Assembly (NCBI GenBank): GCA_050178385.1
Contig: JBFXGD010000011.1
Coordinates: 1 to 44,042, forward strand
Length of the DNA stretch: 44,042 nucleotides
Direction of reading: 5' to 3'
DNA from: Calditrichaceae bacterium
GTDB taxonomy: Bacteria; Calditrichota; Calditrichia; Calditrichales; JBFXGD01
Shown here: positions 37,552-44,042 of the stretch, one piece after another
How positions within the stretch are numbered: the first letter of the stretch is position 1
Layout: each line of letters opens with the position of its first letter
Made by a program: the position numbers and the translations under genes
Notes under the pieces: generated by a model
Told to the model about the DNA's origin: nothing
Seen by the model: only the letters and a program-made list of their open reading frames with translations
Databases searched by the model: none

Positions 37552-40500
37552 ATGCTTGACAAAAAGTCTCTTTTAAAATTATCAAAAGAAGAGCTTGTCG
37601 AAAAATTTATTTCCCGGCAATCCGAATTAGACAGACTGCGGGAAATGGATTGTTTTGAATTGAATGAGATAGCCAATAATTACTTCGGGAATATTTCTCA
37701 TGCGATAATTTTATCAGAAAACTCAAAAATATTATTCGTAAATGAATTGATGGTTAGGTTGTTTAACGCCAAGGATCAAGATGACTTCATAGGCCGGGAC
37801 ATTCGGGATATTCTGGAACATGGGGAAACTAAGAGCGGCGAAAAATCTTCATCAGTACACTCTTTTAATGATTCAACAATTACCGACTTCGAAGGACAGA
37901 TCATTGATGTCAGGATTTCCAACGTCAGATTAAAGACAAACGGAAAAGATGCTTTATTAACGATACTGACGAACACCTCAGAATTAAAGACAGCGGAAAG
38001 AGCGCTTATAGAAAGTGAAGAACGGTATGCAAAACTTATCAAGCATTCTTCCGACAGTATTGTAATTCACCGATTCGGAGAGATTCTGTTCGCGAATCCC
38101 GCGGCGGTTGCCTTTTTCAAAGGAACAAATCCCCGAAATATAATCGGGAAATCCATATACGATTTTGTGCATCCGGATTACAGAGAATTTGTAAAAAAAC
38201 GTGTTGTCGAAATGAAGAATACAGGGCAATCTGTTCCTGTCGCAGATGAAAAGTTTATACGGGAAGACGGGAGTGTTATTGATGCGGAATTGATAGCTAC
38301 ACCGGTACTTTTCCGCGGAGAAGAGGCAGTTCAGGTGATTTTTAAAGATGTCACCGCACGGAAAAAAACGGAAGAAGCCCTAAAGCAAAGTGAGGCTCTG
38401 TTCAGGACATTGGCGGAGACAGCCGCAACGGCCATATTTATCTATCAGGGTGACAATTTTAAATATGTGAACCGCATGACAGAAAATATTTCCGGATTAA
38501 CTAAGCGCGAATTACTAAAAATGAATTTTTGGGAGCTTGTACATCCGGATTACAGGGAATTGGTCAGGGAACGGGGGAAGGCCCGACAGCGGGGCGAGCA
38601 TGTATCTTCGCAATATGAAATAAAAATATTATCAAGGAGCGGGCAGGAGAAATGGATTGATTTTAAGGCCGCGTTCATAGAATACAACGGCAAACCCGCA
38701 GCTATCGGAACAGCAGTCGATATTACGGATCGCAAAAAAACGGAAACCGCGTTGATCGAATCAGAATACCGTTATCGAATGCTGATAGATTCCGCAAGGG
38801 ACACCATTTATTCCATGCGGCCGGACGGCACCATAGTTTCGCTTAATCCGGCATTTGAAAAAGCTACAGGATTTACAGCAGATGAGTGGATTGGAAAACA
38901 TTTTTCACAGTTATGTCACCCTGATGATCTAAAACTGGCTGAACAGATATTTAAAAGACAGATAAACGGCAAAAAAACACCATACTATGAACTGCGTATC
39001 CGCAGGAAAGACGGTGGATACCTGTTTGCCGAATTTACAGTAAGTTTGAAAATTGAAAATGGGAAAGTCGTTCTGGGTATTGGGATCGCGCGTGATGTCA
39101 CCAGGAGAAAAGAAAACGAAACCGCCATGAAGGAGAGCGAACTTCGCTACCGGCAATTGTTTAATCTTCTGCCGTTTGGTGGCGAAATAATTGATATGGA
39201 CGGATACATCGTCGATTGCAGCGAAAGTGAAGAACAGTATCTGGGGTTTAGCCGGGATGAGCTTATTGGAAAACATATTACACAGCTGATCGATCCGGGT
39301 GCAATCTACACCTATAAAGAAAAATTCTCACAGATCCGCAAGGGTAATATTGTTCGTGCGGAAATACCAATGCTAAAAAAGGATGGCAGGAAAATCTATG
39401 TTTCCAGGGCAGCCCGCCCCCTATATGATGTAAACGGTAATATAGTAAGTTTTCTGGCGATTAACGTGGATATCACAGAAAGAAAACTGGCCGAAGATTC
39501 ATTAGTTCAGCTGGTGAACCGGACACAGCAAATCCGTGATATTGCTGAAAAACTTAACCGATCTGTGACGCTTCGGGAAACTTTTGAAACTGTGATCCGG
39601 GGCAGCATCAAAATTCTAAATGCAAATCAATCATCCGTGATGGTATTCGGAAAAGGCGAATACCGAAGATTTGACCGGAATGAAAAGATGTATAAGACAA
39701 GTATATTCGAAGGAAAAGAAAATTTTCCATGGAAATCAACGGATCCCAGTATTAAACCTTTGATTATACCGGATATATCCAAATCCGAATTAAGCGAGAA
39801 AATTCAGTCACGTCTTGAAAGAGAGGGTATTGTTTCCTGCGCGCTCTTCCCGTTAATCGGTGATAATAAGATATTGGGTAAATTTGCGGTATATTTTCCC
39901 GAACTCTATACGCTCAACAAAGAACATATAAATATTGGAAATGTACTGGCGGAGAATCTTTCAGCCGCCATCAGGAGAATACAATATCAGGAATGGTTAA
40001 ACTCAGAAAGGGAGAAACTTTCAGTAACTCTCGGTTCCATAGGAGACGGTGTTATAACAACGGATCATAAAGGTAAAATTATGCTTATGAACACCGTGGC
40101 GGAAACTCTGACAGGCTGGAAAGAATCTTCCGCAAAGAATCGTCCCGTGGCTGATGTGTTGAAAATATTTGTTGATGAAACCGGTGATACCGCTCAAAAC
40201 CCGGTGGAATTTGTGCTGGATAAAGAGGAGATTTTTCATTCGCCTAAAAATATCTTTATGATCGATAAGTGGAATATTTCAAAAAGTATAGAAATTTCCG
40301 CGGCTCCGATAAGAAAAAATGAAGGTCAGATTATTGGGGCGGTCATTGCCATCAGGGATGTCACCGATCGGAAAAAATTGCAGGAGGAGCTTCTTAAAAG
40401 CCAGAAACTGGAATCGCTTGGAATACTTGCCGGAGGAATCGCTCATGATTTTAACAATATACTCACCGCCATATTAGGCAACGTTTCACTTGCAAAAATG

Positions 40501-41508
40501 TATTGCGAAACCGATGATAAAATTTTTGAACGTCTCAACACGGCGGAAAAAGCGCTTATGCGCGCTCAGGATCTTACACAGCAGTTGCTGACCTTCTCAA
40601 AAGGCGGTGTTCCTGTCAAAAAAACGGCATCCATTGTCGAATTAATAAAGGATTCGGTCGAATTTATGCTCCGTGGCACAAAAATTAAATATGATATTCA
40701 TTTTCAGGAAGACTTATGGATGGTGGATGTGGATTCCGGCCAGATAAATCAGGTAATCAATAATATCATCATTAATGCGATTCACTCAATGCCGAATGGC
40801 GGCACCATTTATATCAATCTGGAAAATATGACAAACTCATCACAAGACAACATACCGGTTTCAGCCGGTAATTACATAAAAATTGATATTCTTGATGAGG
40901 GTGTGGGAATACCAAAAAAAATACTTCCTAAGGTTTTTGATCCTTATTTTACCACAAAAAAAGATGGAAGCGGTCTTGGTCTGGCGACCACATTCTCAAT
41001 TATAAAGAACCATAACGGGTATGTAACGGTAGATTCGAAATTAGGAAAAGGAACCCGTTTCCAAATATATTTACCGGCATCAGAAAAAACCAGGGCTACA
41101 ACTATTACAGAATGCCGGGAATCAGGGAAAATGAGCGGTAAAATTTTGCTAATGGATGACGATCAGCTCATCATTGATCTTGGAAAAGAAATTTTTGCGC
41201 ATCTTGGATTGGAAATGGTTCCGGCTTTTGATGGAAAGGAAGCTGTTAAATTATTTGAGCTGGCGAGGAAAGAAGGCAAGCCTTATGATCTGGTTATAAT
41301 GGATCTGACGGTCCCGGGCGGTATGGGTGGTAAAGATGCTGTCGTCGAGTTGCTGAAAATCGATCCGGAAGTTCGCGTCATTGTATCAAGCGGTTATTCA
41401 AACGATCCGGTTATGGCTGATTATAAAAAATACGGGTTCTCCGGCGTAGTAAAAAAACCGTACAATGTCCAGGAAATTAGTAAAGCTATCCGGAAATTTA
41501 TACGATGA
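37552..41508 (+). CDS. Soluble hybrid histidine kinase, multi-PAS-GAF-PAS-HisKA-HATPase-REC
   Basis: PAS repeats (VHPDYRE, DVTARK, DITDRK), GAF-like segment, LGSIGDGVITTD PAS, LAGGIAHDFNN, DEGVGI, GSGLGL, REC (MDDD...MDLTVP...SSGYS). Confidence 0.93.
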   Translation: MLDKKSLLKLSKEELVEKFISRQSELDRLREMDCFELNEIANNYFGNISHAIILSENSKILFVNELMVRLFNAKDQDDFIGRDIRDILEHGETKSGEKSSSVHSFNDSTITDFEGQIIDVRISNVRLKTNGKDALLTILTNTSELKTAERALIESEERYAKLIKHSSDSIVIHRFGEILFANPAAVAFFKGTNPRNIIGKSIYDFVHPDYREFVKKRVVEMKNTGQSVPVADEKFIREDGSVIDAELIATPVLFRGEEAVQVIFKDVTARKKTEEALKQSEALFRTLAETAATAIFIYQGDNFKYVNRMTENISGLTKRELLKMNFWELVHPDYRELVRERGKARQRGEHVSSQYEIKILSRSGQEKWIDFKAAFIEYNGKPAAIGTAVDITDRKKTETALIESEYRYRMLIDSARDTIYSMRPDGTIVSLNPAFEKATGFTADEWIGKHFSQLCHPDDLKLAEQIFKRQINGKKTPYYELRIRRKDGGYLFAEFTVSLKIENGKVVLGIGIARDVTRRKENETAMKESELRYRQLFNLLPFGGEIIDMDGYIVDCSESEEQYLGFSRDELIGKHITQLIDPGAIYTYKEKFSQIRKGNIVRAEIPMLKKDGRKIYVSRAARPLYDVNGNIVSFLAINVDITERKLAEDSLVQLVNRTQQIRDIAEKLNRSVTLRETFETVIRGSIKILNANQSSVMVFGKGEYRRFDRNEKMYKTSIFEGKENFPWKSTDPSIKPLIIPDISKSELSEKIQSRLEREGIVSCALFPLIGDNKILGKFAVYFPELYTLNKEHINIGNVLAENLSAAIRRIQYQEWLNSEREKLSVTLGSIGDGVITTDHKGKIMLMNTVAETLTGWKESSAKNRPVADVLKIFVDETGDTAQNPVEFVLDKEEIFHSPKNIFMIDKWNISKSIEISAAPIRKNEGQIIGAVIAIRDVTDRKKLQEELLKSQKLESLGILAGGIAHDFNNILTAILGNVSLAKMYCETDDKIFERLNTAEKALMRAQDLTQQLLTFSKGGVPVKKTASIVELIKDSVEFMLRGTKIKYDIHFQEDLWMVDVDSGQINQVINNIIINAIHSMPNGGTIYINLENMTNSSQDNIPVSAGNYIKIDILDEGVGIPKKILPKVFDPYFTTKKDGSGLGLATTFSIIKNHNGYVTVDSKLGKGTRFQIYLPASEKTRATTITECRESGKMSGKILLMDDDQLIIDLGKEIFAHLGLEMVPAFDGKEAVKLFELARKEGKPYDLVIMDLTVPGGMGGKDAVVELLKIDPEVRVIVSSGYSNDPVMADYKKYGFSGVVKKPYNVQEISKAIRKFIR

Positions 41509-41749
41509 TCGATAATCCGTACTTTATTGAAATTCATTTATCAACTGTTTCCTCGTACAAAATCATCCAGGGCGACATTTCTAAACGTAGAATTCAACCG
41601 GTCATAAGAATTAAAATGCCCGATACCGAAATTGAACCGAAAATATTATAGCTTCTTGTATCTGACGCAATGAATTGATAAATTTTAGTTGAGAAATATC
41701 TCACTTTGATCTGGATACCTTTTCACGGATAATATAAAGGTGACTGCTA

Positions 41750-42904
41750 ATGATAAAGCCGGACACAAGGATTGTCATTTTAACAATCTCCGATTTAATT
41801 TATGAAGCAAATCTCCACCGAAAAGTAATGACATTAAAAAAACAGTTCCCGAATCTTGTTCTGCTTGCCATACGAAACAGACGGCTTGATATGAATATAT
41901 GGGAAGGAATCAATCTCCAGTTTATGGATCTTCGTTTTAAAAACGGGTTTTTGTATTTCGCGGAATTTTTTCTTAAATCCTTAAGCTGGCTGATTAAGCA
42001 AAAGGCGGACTTGTTTATCTCATACGATGTATATCCCTTGCTTCCCCTGAGAATTAAGAAAATAATTCAGCCCTGCAGCTATATTTATGACAGTGTTGAG
42101 TTATTCCAGGGAGTGAATGCCATCGCGGATAATCCGGTAAAAAGAAAAATCTGGTTTTTTTATGAAAAATGGGCCATCAGGAAATCATTGGATATCTTTA
42201 TGGTTTGTAAATCGGACGCGGCTTATCTAAAAAAAATGTATCACCTTGAAAATGAGCCGGGGGTAGTCAGAAATATACCCGATCCGTCGGAGGCCTTCCA
42301 GGAGAATTATCTGAGAGTGACGTATGGTGTACCGGCTGATGTCAAAATCGGGATTTATCAGGGTATGGTATTTAAGGGAAGGGGAATTGAGTATATTCTA
42401 AAGGCAATGGCCGGTATAAGCGGGATGATTTTGTTTATAGTGGGAGACGGACCGTACAAAGATTATCTAAAAAACCTGACCAGGGAGTACCGGATTAAAA
42501 AAAGTGTCGTTTTTATTAATGCCGTACCTTTTAATGAGCTTTCGAAATTTACCCAATCTGCCGATATAGGATTTACTACCATTGCCGGGAAAGGGCTAAG
42601 CTATTATCACGCGTTACCAAATAAACTTTTTGAGTACATACAGGCCGGGGTGCCGGTGATAGGAAGTAATTATCCTGAAATCAGGAATATAATCGAGAGA
42701 GAAACGATCGGCTACGCGGTTAAACCTGATTCAGTTGAAGAAATAAAAGAAGCCATACGTAAAATGCTTATTAAAGAAAACAGAGCACGTTTTGAAAAGA
42801 ATTTAGAAAAAATAAAGGGAAAATATACATGGGAAAAAGAATCTGAAATTTATTTAGATATCATCCGAAGAAACCTTGATGGAACTTATCAGCGACCGGA
42901 ATAA
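41750..42904 (+). CDS. Glycosyltransferase family 4 (GT-B)
   Basis: YIYDSVE, YQGMVFKGRG, IVGDGP, ADIG, LPNKLFEYIQAGVPVI, YTWEKE. Confidence 0.9.
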   Translation: MIKPDTRIVILTISDLIYEANLHRKVMTLKKQFPNLVLLAIRNRRLDMNIWEGINLQFMDLRFKNGFLYFAEFFLKSLSWLIKQKADLFISYDVYPLLPLRIKKIIQPCSYIYDSVELFQGVNAIADNPVKRKIWFFYEKWAIRKSLDIFMVCKSDAAYLKKMYHLENEPGVVRNIPDPSEAFQENYLRVTYGVPADVKIGIYQGMVFKGRGIEYILKAMAGISGMILFIVGDGPYKDYLKNLTREYRIKKSVVFINAVPFNELSKFTQSADIGFTTIAGKGLSYYHALPNKLFEYIQAGVPVIGSNYPEIRNIIERETIGYAVKPDSVEEIKEAIRKMLIKENRARFEKNLEKIKGKYTWEKESEIYLDIIRRNLDGTYQRPE

Positions 42905-44042
42905 TTTATTCCTTAGAATTACAAATATAAATACAGGCACATACAACAAAACACTGATTTGCAGTGATGTGAAAAGCATAAACGTGACAGCGGGTATGAT
43001 CACAATTAAAAATTCAATAGCCATTCCGTAAGAAAAAAGTTTTTTCTCATATATGCCAAGATACAACAAGATCAGAATCCAGGAAATAAAAAAACTGAAT
43101 GTCGTGACAGCGGCAGCGCTTGGCATTCCGTATTTGGGGATCAGGGCAAGGTTTAAAATAATATTAATGACCAGAGAAACGAGCGAAATGATGAACAGAT
43201 ACAGCGTTTTTTTTCGTAAAATCAGCAGCGTATCCAATATCTGAACATGTGAGTAAAAGAGATAACCGAATCCCGCTATGATCAGAATCTGAAACGATTG
43301 TTCAAAACCCGGTGGGATCAATAAACTTCCCCCGTATTTAAAGACTGCAACGAGTAAAAGGTAAATACCCGTGCAAAACGTTATGACGAGAGTCGAAAAT
43401 TCTTTTATTAAATCTCTGTCGTATGAGTCTCCTTTCTCAAAAAGTCTGGGCATCCAAACATTGTTGATGAGTACCACAAACATTCCCGGAACGGCCGCGA
43501 ATTTGTAACCGTAGTTATAGATCCCAGTGGATTCCACATTTATCATGGTTTTAATGAGATAGTGATCGGCCTGATATAAAAGTAAATTGGCAATTGCTAC
43601 ACCCATCAGCGGTAATCCGATTTTTAATAGTTTCCCGAGAAGTCCTGTATCAAATCCCGCGGGCATCGCCTTTTTGATCATCTCACCGGTCAGCGTGTAA
43701 ACACTTATTTCCGAAATAATATAAGCCGTGAAAAATGCGGATAAACCAAATCCCATCGCGAGACCGGCCAGGAAAATAAGAATGAATGATATGCTTTGAG
43801 TCAGTGTAACGATAAGGTAGCGCTTTGTTCTCCGTTCGGCCTTTAAAACGGTTATAAGAATAGTTGACTCGGTGGTGAGTAAAATCAGGATGGGAAGTAG
43901 ATAGATCCCCTGCCGGTGGTTTTCCGTGAAAAGGATTAACTGAAAGAAATTATTATAAATAATTATCACAAAAAAAATCAGAATCGCGAATATAAGAACC
44001 AGCAGGGTGGCGGTGCTAATTAATTTGTTCCTGATATGTTCA
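42854..44042 (-). CDS. Oligosaccharide/polysaccharide flippase (Wzx-like), 5'-truncated by the window edge
   Basis: Frame stays open to the window edge. Many TM helices; LLKIGLPL, ADHYLI, GIYNYGYK, NIILNLALIPKYG...AA. Confidence 0.85.
   Translation of the reverse strand, partial: EHIRNKLISTATLLVLIFAILIFFVIIIYNNFFQLILFTENHRQGIYLLPILILLTTESTILITVLKAERRTKRYLIVTLTQSISFILIFLAGLAMGFGLSAFFTAYIISEISVYTLTGEMIKKAMPAGFDTGLLGKLLKIGLPLMGVAIANLLLYQADHYLIKTMINVESTGIYNYGYKFAAVPGMFVVLINNVWMPRLFEKGDSYDRDLIKEFSTLVITFCTGIYLLLVAVFKYGGSLLIPPGFEQSFQILIIAGFGYLFYSHVQILDTLLILRKKTLYLFIISLVSLVINIILNLALIPKYGMPSAAAVTTFSFFISWILILLYLGIYEKKLFSYGMAIEFLIVIIPAVTFMLFTSLQISVLLYVPVFIFVILRNKLFRSLISSIKVSSDDI

Noticed and set aside
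1..44042. CRISPR arrays, IS or prophage genes, tRNA/rRNA, defence systems
   Set aside because: No regularly spaced repeats, transposase, integrase or nuclease motifs, or RNA gene signatures were seen by eye; a covariance-model scan was not run.

Overview
This is a gene-dense bacterial chromosomal segment with no recognisable mobile element, CRISPR array, rRNA or tRNA. The YPNPFN...GVY-type C-terminal sorting domains suggest a lineage in or near the FCB group (e.g. Calditrichota-like), which is inference only. From left to right it contains: the 3' part of an RND permease; a single-chain, fungal Lys4-like homoaconitase; a mevalonate operon (mvaD, phosphomevalonate kinase, an HMG-CoA reductase-mevalonate kinase fusion, type 1 idi); a POT-family MFS transporter, DUF2231, DUF89 phosphatase, YjbQ, HU and DacB; and a multi-PAS kinase/Rcp/hybrid kinase cassette. 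Next is a tightly coupled five-gene unit (21118-32739), the best candidate for an undescribed system. It encodes a receiver, a sensor kinase with a degenerate ATP-binding domain, and a 1941-aa secreted TIGR03790-like/Ig-repeat protein whose N-domain resembles a gingipain fold with Ser in place of Cys. It also encodes a small CTD-bearing protein and a PorP/PorV-like barrel-Ig-OmpA fusion. The window ends with parvulin, a sigma54-type PDZ protein/kinase/NtrC locus with visible tandem enhancer palindromes, a large PAS-GAF hybrid kinase, a GT4 glycosyltransferase and a partial flippase. All family calls come from motif recognition; no database search was run.
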